Shown here: one piece after another, positions 36,145 to 45,005 of the stretch
How the letters are laid out: each line of letters begins with the position of its first letter
Numbering within the stretch: position 1 is the first letter of the stretch
Source of the DNA: Bacteroidales bacterium
GTDB taxonomy: Bacteria; Bacteroidota; Bacteroidia; Bacteroidales; P3
Assembly (NCBI GenBank): GCA_041673165.1
Contig: JBAYYI010000003.1
Location: forward strand, 2,090 to 66,089
DNA length: 64,000 nucleotides
Direction of reading: 5' to 3'
Notes under the pieces: model-generated
What the model was told of the DNA's origin: nothing
Database searches by the model: none
Seen by the model: the letters and a program-made list of their open reading frames with translations, nothing else
Program-made: the position numbers and the translations under genes

Positions 36145-37968
36145 TTAGAGAGTTTGTAGGGCTATAAGTTTTGAGTAAATGCCTTCCTTAGCTAATAGAC
36201 TTTGGTGTGTCCCTTGCTCTACTATTTCTCCATTATCCATAACTATGATTTTATCTGAGTTAAGAATTGTTGAAAGCCTATGAGCCACAACAAGGGTTGT
36301 CCTACCTTTCATAATTGTTTCAAGGGATTCTTGTACTAATCTTTCGCTTTCGGTGTCAAGGGCTGAGGTTGCTTCATCTAAGAGTAATATTGCTGGATTT
36401 TTCAGAATAGCTCTTGCAATACATATCCTCTGACGCTCTCCTCCTGAAATAGTTAAGCCTCTATCTCCAATATTAGTATAGTAGCCTTTTGGCATTTTCT
36501 CAATGAAATCATGAGCATTAGCTGCCTTTGCTGCCTTTTGCACTTCTTCAAGGCTTGAACTTATTCCAAAGGCTATGTTCCCGAAAATGGTATCATTAAA
36601 TAATATACTCTCTTGAGTAACAACTCCTATTTTATGTCTTAGAGAATTGATATTAAAGTCCATAATTGAAATGCTATCAATTGTTATATCTCCTTTCAAA
36701 GCGTCTTGAAATCTTGGAAGCAAATCTATAAGTGTGCTTTTGCCTGCACCCGAGCGTCCAACTATTGCAACTGTCTGTCCTTTTTCAATCTCAAGGTTTA
36801 TATTATCTAAAACAAGTTTCTCTTTCCCTTGCTCCTCAATATATGAGAATGAAACATTTTTATATTCTACCTTATCCTCAAAAATAATATCTTTTATTGC
36901 ATTTGGCTTTTCAATTATTCTTTCTGGTGCATCTAAGATTTCATATAATCTATGAGCTGCTGCTTCGGCTTTCTTAAGGTTATAATACGCTGATGTAACG
37001 CTTTGAAGTGGTGCTATTATCCTTGCAAACAAGAGTACAAAACCTATTAGAATGCTTGGGTGGATTTCTCCATTAATTACCATAATTCCTCCAAAAAGAA
37101 CAACAACCACTAATGCAAAGATTGCAAAAATCTCTGTAAGAGGAGAGGATAGGTCTTTGCGTCTAAGGATTTTTGTCATCAGTTTAGCATAGGCATTATT
37201 CTCCTGCTCAAATTTCTTTTGTATAATATCTCCTGCGTTATAGGCATTAATAACTCTTACTCCGCCAAGGGTCTCCTCAACTGTAGAAAGAACTGTTCCG
37301 ATTTGTTTTTGACCTTTTTCTGAGTTCCTATTTAGACTTGCTCCAATTTGTTTGATAAGTATAGCAACCAAAGGAAGTATAATGACAATAAAGATTACAA
37401 GTTTTTGGCTCGCAATCACTAAGGCAATTAGGAAGACAATAACCATAACAGGGTCTTTAGCCAACATTTGCAAGCTACTCATAACAGATATTTCAATATC
37501 GGAAAGGTCGGAACTCATTCTTGAAAGCAAGTCGCCTTTTCTTTTGTTAGAGAAAAATGAAAGAGGTAGGGTTGTTATCTTATGGTAGATATCATTTCTC
37601 AAATCTTTAACAACTCCATTTCTAACAGGAGCTAAGAAATACATAGCTAAGTAACGAAATAGGGCAGAAAGGAATGCAAAGACTAAATAAACAACACTTA
37701 GTACTGCAAGACAAGTATAGAGACCATAAGTTAGGCTTAAATAATTGAGGTTAAACGCAAAATAATCAATAATCACATCTTTATTAAATGCAAATTCAGG
37801 ACAAATTGCTGGAGCTTTAATGATTCCAAAGAGGACGGAAACAAAAGGAATTACAATAACAAAGGAAAAAAGAGAAGCAAAAACATAGAGTATATTGAAC
37901 ACTAAGTTTAAGATTACTTCTCTTTTGTAACCTTTGATATATTTGAATATTCTAAATATATTTTTCAC
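36145..37968 (-). CDS. ABC transporter permease/ATP-binding fusion (MsbA-like exporter)
   Basis: 607 aa. Six-TM domain, then GRSGAGKST (Walker A), LSGGERQR and ILLLDEATSALD (Walker B). Confidence 0.85.
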   Translation of the reverse strand: MKNIFRIFKYIKGYKREVILNLVFNILYVFASLFSFVIVIPFVSVLFGIIKAPAICPEFAFNKDVIIDYFAFNLNYLSLTYGLYTCLAVLSVVYLVFAFLSALFRYLAMYFLAPVRNGVVKDLRNDIYHKITTLPLSFFSNKRKGDLLSRMSSDLSDIEISVMSSLQMLAKDPVMVIVFLIALVIASQKLVIFIVIILPLVAILIKQIGASLNRNSEKGQKQIGTVLSTVEETLGGVRVINAYNAGDIIQKKFEQENNAYAKLMTKILRRKDLSSPLTEIFAIFALVVVVLFGGIMVINGEIHPSILIGFVLLFARIIAPLQSVTSAYYNLKKAEAAAHRLYEILDAPERIIEKPNAIKDIIFEDKVEYKNVSFSYIEEQGKEKLVLDNINLEIEKGQTVAIVGRSGAGKSTLIDLLPRFQDALKGDITIDSISIMDFNINSLRHKIGVVTQESILFNDTIFGNIAFGISSSLEEVQKAAKAANAHDFIEKMPKGYYTNIGDRGLTISGGERQRICIARAILKNPAILLLDEATSALDTESERLVQESLETIMKGRTTLVVAHRLSTILNSDKIIVMDNGEIVEQGTHQSLLAKEGIYSKLIALQTL

Positions 37969-39380
37969 TAATATCTATAATGGTCTGCTTTATATGGACC
38001 GTTTTTAGGAACTCCAAGATACTCAGCTTGCTCATCTGATAGAATAGTTAGCTTAACGCCAATTCTTTCTAAGTGAAGTCTTGCAACCTCTTCGTCAAGT
38101 TGTTTAGATAAACGATAAACGCCAACTGCATAATCATTTTCCCAAAGGTCAATTTGAGCTAAGGTTTGATTTGTGAAAGAACTACTCATTACAAATGAAG
38201 GATGTCCTGTTGCACAACCAAGATTAACCAAACGACCTTCAGCTAATAAATAAATACAATGACCATCTTCTGCAAAAGTATATTTATCAACCTGTGGTTT
38301 AATGTTTAATTTCTTAACTCCTGGCCAAGATTCTAATTTCTCAACTTGGATTTCATTATCGAAGTGTCCAATATTACAAACAATAGCTTCATCAGACATT
38401 TTTGACATTTGCTTAGCAGTGATAACGTCTTTGTTTCCTGTTGTAGTGACAAATATATTACCTTCCGAAAGAGCATCTTCAAGTGTTGTAACTTCAAATC
38501 CTTCCATAGCAGCTTGAAGAGCACAAATTGGATCTATTTCAGTCACAATAACTCTTGCTCCATAGCTTTTCATAGAATGAGCACAACCCTTACCAACATC
38601 GCCATAACCACAAACAACACAAATCTTTCCAGCAATCATAACATCTGTTGCTCTCTTGATTCCGTCAGCAAGTGATTCTCTACAACCATAAAGGTTATCG
38701 AATTTTGATTTAGTTACTGAGTCATTAACATTTATTGCAGGAATAAGAAGTTCTCCTCTTTCCATCATTTGATATAAACGGTGAACACCAGTAGTTGTTT
38801 CTTCACTAACACCCTTAAGTTCTGCAACTGTCCTATGCCATTTTTGATTATCTTCTTTTAAGACTTCTTTTATGGTCTTTAGAATAACAGCCTCTTCAGC
38901 TGAAGAAGGAGTTTTATCTAAAATAGAAGCATCTTTCTCTGCTGCATATCCTTTATGAACTAAAAGAGTAGCATCACCACCATCATCAACAATCATTTGA
39001 GCCCCTTTTCCATTAGGGAAAGAAAGAGCTTGATTAGTACACCACCAATATTCTTCTAAGGTTTCGCCTTTCCAAGCAAAAACAGGAACACCTGCTGCTG
39101 CAATTGCTGCTGCTGCATGGTCTTGAGTTGAGAATATATTGCAAGAAGCCCAACGAACGTCAGCTCCAAGAGCAGTTAGGGTTTCAATTAGTACTGCTGT
39201 TTGAATAGTCATATGAAGAGAACCAGTAATTCTAACTCCATTAAGAGGTTTTTTCTTACCGAATTTTTCTCTTAGAGCCATTAGACCTGGCATTTCTTTT
39301 TCTGCGATATCAATTTCTTTTCTACCAAAGTCAGCTAAGCTAATATCAGCTACTTTATACTTTAAATTGTAGTCTGTCAT
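37968..39380 (-). CDS. ahcY: Adenosylhomocysteinase
   Basis: 470 aa. Motifs: [51 protein letters not shown] at the C-terminus. Confidence 0.95.
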   Translation of the reverse strand: MTDYNLKYKVADISLADFGRKEIDIAEKEMPGLMALREKFGKKKPLNGVRITGSLHMTIQTAVLIETLTALGADVRWASCNIFSTQDHAAAAIAAAGVPVFAWKGETLEEYWWCTNQALSFPNGKGAQMIVDDGGDATLLVHKGYAAEKDASILDKTPSSAEEAVILKTIKEVLKEDNQKWHRTVAELKGVSEETTTGVHRLYQMMERGELLIPAINVNDSVTKSKFDNLYGCRESLADGIKRATDVMIAGKICVVCGYGDVGKGCAHSMKSYGARVIVTEIDPICALQAAMEGFEVTTLEDALSEGNIFVTTTGNKDVITAKQMSKMSDEAIVCNIGHFDNEIQVEKLESWPGVKKLNIKPQVDKYTFAEDGHCIYLLAEGRLVNLGCATGHPSFVMSSSFTNQTLAQIDLWENDYAVGVYRLSKQLDEEVARLHLERIGVKLTILSDEQAEYLGVPKNGPYKADHYRY

Positions 39381-39418
39381 CTTTATATTTTTATGTTATA
39401 TTATTAATTATTATCGTG

Positions 39419-39426
39419 CAAAGTTA
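39419..39426 (-). promoter_or_regulatory. -7 box TAACTTTG (ahcY)
   Basis: Plus-strand CAAAGTTA, 39 nt upstream of the ahcY start at 39380. Confidence 0.45.
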
Positions 39427-39429
39427 CAA

Positions 39430-40506
39430 TTACAAATCCAATAATGAAGAGATTTTCTTAAAAACATCAGTATTTTCCATTACTCCAGTAAAATTTTCAG
39501 CTCCAACGCCAAATGCATAAATTGGAACCATAATAGCAGTATGATTAAAACTTGTCCACTTATCCTTAACCTTTCCTTCCTCAATACTTCCTCCATTAAT
39601 TGCTAGCCCACCTGTTTCATGGTCAGCAATAACAATAACAAGAGTATTTTTATCTCTTTTTGCAAATTCAATAGCTAAGCCAACTGCCTTATCAAAATCA
39701 AGAACCTCCTCAACCATATTATCAAACCTATTAAGGTGAGCCTCGAAATCAATTTGCGACCCCTCAACCATCATAAAGAAACCTTTTTTGTTTGCAGATA
39801 GAAGTTCAAGAGATTTCTCTAAGCTCTTTGAAAGCATATCGTCTCTCTTATTTGCTAGTGGTGGATGTCCATCATAAAGTAATCCTGCAACATGATTTGC
39901 TTTCTTATCTTTATTTCTTTTCAATGAACTAAGCTCATCTAAATTATAAACTAACTTATAGCCTCTTTTCTCTAAGCTATCAGTTAAAGAAAGTCCGTCT
40001 TTTCTATTTTTTGCAAGGAAGTTCTTCAACCCTCCTCCAATAAAAATATCAACATTCTCATCTAAAAGTGCAAGAGCTATTTCTTCATCCATCTTCCTAT
40101 GCTTAACATTTGCATAAAAGCTTGCAGGCGTTGCATGAGTTATATCACAAGTAACCACAATCCCTGTTGCAAGTCCTTTTTTCTTTGCAAGTGTCATAAG
40201 GCTTGGGTGAGGAAGCCAAAGAGAGTCAAGCCCTATGGATTCGTTATTTGCTTTCTTTCCAATAGCCATTGCAGTCCCTCCTGCTCCTGAATCAGTAATA
40301 TATTTATCTGCCGAATAAGTTTTAGAGAAACCCGTAACTGGCATATCGAACATATTTAACTGCCCTTTGTTTACAGTGTATGCTGCGTATGCGTGAGCAA
40401 GTCCCATTCCATCTCCTATCATTAAAATCACATTCTTAGGTTGTGAAAATGATAATAGAGGTAAGAGAGCAATTATTATAAATATTTTAAGTTTTATTTC
40501 TTTCAT
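39430..40506 (-). CDS. Alkaline phosphatase family protein, secreted
   Basis: 358 aa. Signal peptide, MIGDGMG, TDSGAGGTA (active-site Ser region) and ADHETGG. Confidence 0.8.
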   Translation of the reverse strand: MKEIKLKIFIIIALLPLLSFSQPKNVILMIGDGMGLAHAYAAYTVNKGQLNMFDMPVTGFSKTYSADKYITDSGAGGTAMAIGKKANNESIGLDSLWLPHPSLMTLAKKKGLATGIVVTCDITHATPASFYANVKHRKMDEEIALALLDENVDIFIGGGLKNFLAKNRKDGLSLTDSLEKRGYKLVYNLDELSSLKRNKDKKANHVAGLLYDGHPPLANKRDDMLSKSLEKSLELLSANKKGFFMMVEGSQIDFEAHLNRFDNMVEEVLDFDKAVGLAIEFAKRDKNTLVIVIADHETGGLAINGGSIEEGKVKDKWTSFNHTAIMVPIYAFGVGAENFTGVMENTDVFKKISSLLDL

Positions 40507-40520
40507 CTTAGATTATAGTT

Positions 40521-41498
40521 TTAGAATATCTCTTCTAACATCCTTAAATAAAGGTCTTTTGTTGTCCATCCCATTGTTTGAACTTGCTTTGGAACAATGC
40601 TCTGTGAAGACTGACCAGGAATAGTATTTACTTCTAAGAAAAATAGCTCTTCTTTCTCGCTATCATATATAAAATCTATCCTACAAACTCCCTTACAATT
40701 TAACTGCTTATAGATTTTCTTTGCAGTAGATTGAACTTCTTCTCTAACCTTATCTTCAATCTCTGCTGGGGTTATCTCTGCTGTTGAACCGTCATACTTA
40801 GCTTGGTAGTCGAAAAACTCATTAACAGGAATTACTTCGGTTATTGGAAAAGCAATTACCTCATTCCTTGTTTCCAAAACCCCACAAGTAAGTTCCCTAC
40901 CCTTAATAAACTCTTCAATAATCACTCTTTCATGAATCTTAAATGCAGTTTCTATTGCCTCTTTTAGGTCTTCTTTTCTCTTAACCTTAGTCATACCAAT
41001 GCTTGAACCCCCTTCTGAGGGTTTAACAAAAAGGGGTAAACTAAGTTTCATAAGAATATCATCAACACTTACTTGATTGTTTTTATAGAAGCTAATATTC
41101 CTTGCTACCCTAACAACATTCAATTCCCTAACAACAGCATTGCAAACAACCTTGTCGAAAGTTATTGCAGAAACCAATGAGCTACAAGAAGCAAAAGGAA
41201 TATTCATCATCTCAAAATAAGCTTGCAAAAGACCGTTTTCGCCTGGTGTGCCATGGACTATTATAAACACTCCGTCAAAACTAATCTTCTTATCTTCTAA
41301 TCTTAGAGAGAAATCATCCTTATTTATATTATATCTCTTGCCTTCAAGTTCGTAGTACCAATCTCTTTCCTTAAGAATAATCTTATAAACATTATAAATT
41401 GACTTATCAATGTTTTCTTCAACCTGAATTGCAGAACGAAGAGAAACCACAGCCTCTTCACTATTCCCCCCAGCCATTAATGCAATATTCTTTTTCAT
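40521..41498 (-). CDS. ddl: D-alanine--D-alanine ligase
   Basis: 325 aa. GGNSEE, HGTPGENG, an ATP-grasp region (PLFVKPSEGGSSIGM) and FLEVNTIPG. Confidence 0.9.
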   Translation of the reverse strand: MKKNIALMAGGNSEEAVVSLRSAIQVEENIDKSIYNVYKIILKERDWYYELEGKRYNINKDDFSLRLEDKKISFDGVFIIVHGTPGENGLLQAYFEMMNIPFASCSSLVSAITFDKVVCNAVVRELNVVRVARNISFYKNNQVSVDDILMKLSLPLFVKPSEGGSSIGMTKVKRKEDLKEAIETAFKIHERVIIEEFIKGRELTCGVLETRNEVIAFPITEVIPVNEFFDYQAKYDGSTAEITPAEIEDKVREEVQSTAKKIYKQLNCKGVCRIDFIYDSEKEELFFLEVNTIPGQSSQSIVPKQVQTMGWTTKDLYLRMLEEIF

Positions 41499-41540
41499 TA
41501 TATTCTTTTATTATTATTATCTATCTTATTAATTCCTTGT

Positions 41541-42005
41541 TTACTGTTCAAATCCCTCACATTCATGCTTTGTACATATAATCCCCTCTTGCCCAAACAC
41601 CTTTTCATTCAAGAAGAAGAACATATGATTTATCTCTAAACTAATACGGCGAAACTCTTCTAAGATAAACTCTTTCTCTCCCTCTGCCTTGGATGGGTCT
41701 TCAAAACAGTAGTGTAGGAAGTTCTTAGCTTCACCCGTAAAATAAGGGCATCTCTCTTTTGCATTATCACAAACAGTAATCACATAATCCCATTCCTTAT
41801 CTAAGAACTCATCAACTCTTTTTGGCTTATTTGAAGAAATATCAATACCATTTTCTTCCATAACCCTAATAGCTAATGGGTGAACTTCATTTGCAGGTAT
41901 TGTTCCTGCTGAGTAAACATTTAGGGAAGGGTTTATTTGTTTTAGCCAAGCTTCTGCCATCTGTGAGCGGCATGAATTGCCTGTGCAAAGTATTAGTATG
42001 TTCAT
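41541..42005 (-). CDS. Low-molecular-weight phosphatase family arsenate reductase-like protein
   Basis: 154 aa. ILILCTGNSCRSQMAE (CX5R P-loop) and the VCDNAKERCP Cys pair typical of thioredoxin-coupled ArsC. Confidence 0.7.
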   Translation of the reverse strand: MNILILCTGNSCRSQMAEAWLKQINPSLNVYSAGTIPANEVHPLAIRVMEENGIDISSNKPKRVDEFLDKEWDYVITVCDNAKERCPYFTGEAKNFLHYCFEDPSKAEGEKEFILEEFRRISLEINHMFFFLNEKVFGQEGIICTKHECEGFEQ

Positions 42006-42343
42006 AAGTTATCTTTTAGCTCTAAGAGGAATTCTTTTATTTCATTAAGCGAACGAACAAGCTCAACATTAACAGTATTGTTCTCGTCCTTAGTTTCTGT
42101 TGTTACCTTAGTTTTCAAATAGTTCTTTGTTCCGTCAATAGTATATCCACAGGTTTTAGTCAGATAGTGGATTTGCTTTAGGAGTTCAATATCTTTCTTA
42201 GTATAGAACCTTACTCCCCTCTTATTCTTATGAGGTTTGATTTGAGAAAATTCTGTTTCCCAAAATCTAAGAGTAGGTAAACTAACGTCCAATTCCTTAG
42301 AAACCTCTCCAATACTATAATATAATCTATTTGAATCTTCCAT
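42002..42343 (-). CDS. MerR family transcriptional regulator
   Basis: 113 aa. N-terminal HTH: YSIGEVSKELDVSLPTLRFWE...RFYTKKDIELLKQI. The stop overlaps the start of the downstream phosphatase gene. Confidence 0.75.
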   Translation of the reverse strand: MEDSNRLYYSIGEVSKELDVSLPTLRFWETEFSQIKPHKNKRGVRFYTKKDIELLKQIHYLTKTCGYTIDGTKNYLKTKVTTETKDENNTVNVELVRSLNEIKEFLLELKDNL

Positions 42344-42347
42344 TTCT

Positions 42348-42713
42348 CTAATAAGGCATTGGTGTAAAGGCGTTTTCTATATGATTTATCTTTGTGCCAC
42401 TTTCATTTGTAACAATAGCTATTATATCAAATCTTGCTTCTTCGTTAATGTTGTTTCTCACTATATAACTATTGGCAACCTTTATTATTGCTCTTTGTTT
42501 CTCTTTTGTAACCGCAGATTCAGGCTCGCAAAATACATCATTGCTCCTTGTCTTAACCTCAATGAAAACAACCTCTCCACTATTTCTTGCAATAATATCA
42601 ATCTCATTCTTCCCACTCCTATAATTCCTTTCCAAGATGATATAATTCTTCTCAATCAAATACTCTAAGGCTAACCTCTCTCCCTTTTGTCCAAAAACAT
42701 ACGATGTATCCAT
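42348..42713 (-). CDS. YraN family (UPF0102) predicted endonuclease
   Basis: The track ORF starts at 42773. I moved the start to the ATG at 42713 (MDTSYVFGQKGERLALEYL) to avoid overlap with mrr. EIDIIA...VVFIEVKTR is the PD-(D/E)xK-like YraN core. Confidence 0.7.
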   Translation of the reverse strand: MDTSYVFGQKGERLALEYLIEKNYIILERNYRSGKNEIDIIARNSGEVVFIEVKTRSNDVFCEPESAVTKEKQRAIIKVANSYIVRNNINEEARFDIIAIVTNESGTKINHIENAFTPMPY

Positions 42714-42735
42714 TTTCTTTATCCCTCTCAATAAA

Positions 42736-43602
42736 TTAAAAGTATCTCTCAAAGTAAGAAATATCTGGTTCATATACTGTTTTAGCTGTTACACCTAATT
42801 CAATATCTTGAAACATTTTTTCTAAATCTTGACCATCAATTAATTCTAATTTAGATTTTTTATCTTCTTCAATTCTTCGAGCTTCTTTTGAAAAGTTTCC
42901 TGTTGTAATAAATAACATCCTATCTTTATTCTCTGCAACACTGCAAAAGGCATGTACATCTTTTGTTGGAACGGAACCTTCGTATCTTTTGCATTGGAAA
43001 GCTATTTGATATTTAATAAATGGATTTATTTTAAGAGTAGCGTAACCATCAATCCCACCATCATGAGATAGTTGAGTAATTTTAATATCTTCAAAGTTGT
43101 AATTTCTTAATAATTCTCCACATAATTTTTCAAATCCTTCGGGAGATACTTTTTTGATAATGCTTAATAAAGAAGTGTTTTTTAATAAGATATTTTCTTC
43201 TGGCTCTTCAATATTTATTTTTTCAGTAGGTTTTTCTTTTTCTTTTTTTTCTATTTTAATTTTTCTATTAAGAGTTGTCCATTTCTTATATATTCTAAGA
43301 GCTTCATCATCATTAAAACTTTTAGCTTTTTCAATTCCCTTATCGGTTAAAGTCCATATTCCCCTAGAAGAAGAAGATAAATAACCTTCCCAAATTAAAT
43401 ATTGACGGGCAAATGCAACTTGATTATTAAATATCAATGCTCCGCTCTTAGGGTACCTCTTATTTAAGAGCTCTTCATCTAAGTTTTCTTTATCTGCAAT
43501 CTTTTGACTTACTTCATTAGGAGTTGCTGACCCAAGCTCTAATAATACATCTAATAATGGTTTAAACCATCTAACAAACTGAACAGTTTTCTTTGCTTTC
43601 AT
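42736..43602 (-). CDS. mrr: Mrr-type restriction endonuclease (Mrr_N winged helix plus Mrr_cat nuclease)
   Basis: 288 aa. The C-terminal domain carries DGGIDGYA...IAFQCKRY...LFITTGNFSKEA, the PD-(D/E)xK core of Mrr. The N-terminal region resembles the Mrr N-terminal wHTH. Confidence 0.8.
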   Translation of the reverse strand: MKAKKTVQFVRWFKPLLDVLLELGSATPNEVSQKIADKENLDEELLNKRYPKSGALIFNNQVAFARQYLIWEGYLSSSSRGIWTLTDKGIEKAKSFNDDEALRIYKKWTTLNRKIKIEKKEKEKPTEKINIEEPEENILLKNTSLLSIIKKVSPEGFEKLCGELLRNYNFEDIKITQLSHDGGIDGYATLKINPFIKYQIAFQCKRYEGSVPTKDVHAFCSVAENKDRMLFITTGNFSKEARRIEEDKKSKLELIDGQDLEKMFQDIELGVTAKTVYEPDISYFERYF

Positions 43603-43606
43603 AATA

Positions 43607-44521
43607 TTATTCTTGCTCTATAATTACTTTAAATTTTTCTACAGTCAAGGTAGTTTTTCTTCCAATAACATAAGCTTGGTTGTTTTCTTTTATATGTCCA
43701 ATTGGAATGTTGAAAGCAACTGGGAAATCATAGTCTTGGACAGTATCCATAATTATTCTATGTGGAGCTTTCCCAAATCGAATAAAATTATCGTGCATAT
43801 CAGTCATTCCTCCAACAATTAAACCCTTCAAATCCTTTAACTTACCTGCTCTTCTCAAAGCCTGCATCATCCTATCGATATGATAAATATACTCGTCTAA
43901 GTCTTCAATAAATAAAATCTTGTCTTTAGTGTCGCCAAAGCTATTTGAACCAAGCAAGCTATAAAGAACCGATAAGTTTCCCCCAATAAGTTCTCCCTCA
44001 GCCTTGCCTTTCCTATTCATTATATACTTCTTATAATAGTTTTTGTTCTCTCCCTCAAACAATATCTTCTTTAAACTAATCACAGCATTTGAAAAGAAAT
44101 CATCCTCCGTAATATTAATAGGCATAATTGCGTGAATGGTTTCAATATTATAGTTGAAATAGATATGGGAAAGCAAGACCGTTGGGTCAGAATAGCCTAT
44201 TATCCATTTAGGGTTTTGAATAAATAAAGAGAAATCAAGCAAATCAATAATCCTAACAGTCCCATAACCCCCTCTTGCACAAAAGATAGCTTTTATCTCC
44301 TTATTATCTAAGAAAGATTGCAAGTCCTTAGCCCTCTCATTATCAGAACCAGCAAATTGATTCTTTTTCAAACCAATGCTTTTCCCAATAACAGGCACCA
44401 AACCCCAAGAAACAAGTAGCTTAATCGTAGCCCCCACCTCCTCAATACTAATCTTACGAGCAGTTGCAACAATCCCAATCTTATCTCCTTTCTTAAGTAG
44501 TTCCGGTCTCTTAGTCATCAT
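43607..44521 (-). CDS. LD-carboxypeptidase (peptidase S66, muramoyltetrapeptide carboxypeptidase-like)
   Basis: 304 aa. Motifs: GDKIGIVATA, FCARGGYGT, IGYSDPT (nucleophile Ser), GH near the C-terminus. Confidence 0.8.
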   Translation of the reverse strand: MMTKRPELLKKGDKIGIVATARKISIEEVGATIKLLVSWGLVPVIGKSIGLKKNQFAGSDNERAKDLQSFLDNKEIKAIFCARGGYGTVRIIDLLDFSLFIQNPKWIIGYSDPTVLLSHIYFNYNIETIHAIMPINITEDDFFSNAVISLKKILFEGENKNYYKKYIMNRKGKAEGELIGGNLSVLYSLLGSNSFGDTKDKILFIEDLDEYIYHIDRMMQALRRAGKLKDLKGLIVGGMTDMHDNFIRFGKAPHRIIMDTVQDYDFPVAFNIPIGHIKENNQAYVIGRKTTLTVEKFKVIIEQE

Positions 44522-44537
44522 TATAATTTATAGAAAG

Positions 44538-44545
44538 CAAAGATA
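44538..44545 (-). promoter_or_regulatory. -7 box TATCTTTG (LD-carboxypeptidase / mrr / yraN / merR unit)
   Basis: Plus-strand CAAAGATA, 17 nt upstream of the ATG at 44521. Confidence 0.45.
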
Positions 44546-44758
44546 CTTAAAAAGAAATAAATAATTGTACAAATTGATTATTAAATCTGATAACTTAGGG
44601 TTTAGCAAATGAATAACACTATAAACCACAAGAAAAACTTTAAATAAATTAATCTCACTCAATACTTATTTCTTACAAACTAAAATCAGGACGATAAAAA
44701 CAAATGTAAATTGCATTTATGCTTAGTTCGAAATCTTTAAACCTTGATTTGTACGGAG

Positions 44759-44792
44759 GAAACGAAGGTTTACACTTTTTAATCTTCGTTTC
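44759..44792. repeat. Perfect 9-bp hairpin GAAACGAAG / CTTCGTTTC with a 16-nt loop
   Basis: 44759-44767 pairs with 44784-44792. It immediately precedes the 22-bp array. Confidence 0.7.
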
Positions 44793-44800
44793 GATCTCCA

Positions 44801-44882
44801 ATTCATGCCATGATATGACCAACTTCATGCCATGAATTGGGAACTATCATGGCATGATGTTGACGGTATCATGGCATGATTC
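44801..44882. repeat. Four 22-bp units, two TCATGCCATGA followed by two TCATGGCATGA, forming an 80-bp dyad
   Basis: The word starts at 44803, 44825, 44847 and 44869 (exact 22-bp step). The two halves are reverse complements of each other. Confidence 0.9.
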
Positions 44883-44943
44883 TTTGATTGAAGTGGCGAT
44901 TTAGGAGTTTGTTTCTTTGTTTTTGGACTAGGAAATGGGCAAA

Positions 44944-44978
44944 GAAAAAAGGACAACCTTGTGGGATTGTCCTTTTTC
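44944..44978 (-). terminator. Bidirectional hairpin terminator downstream of the PpiD-like gene
   Basis: AAGGACAA (44949-44956) pairs with TTGTCCTT (44967-44974). An A-run lies on one side and a T-run on the other. It sits 28 nt beyond the stop at 45006. Confidence 0.7.
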
Positions 44979-45005
44979 TTTATTTTGGGTTTGGGTGTTT
45001 TTGGT

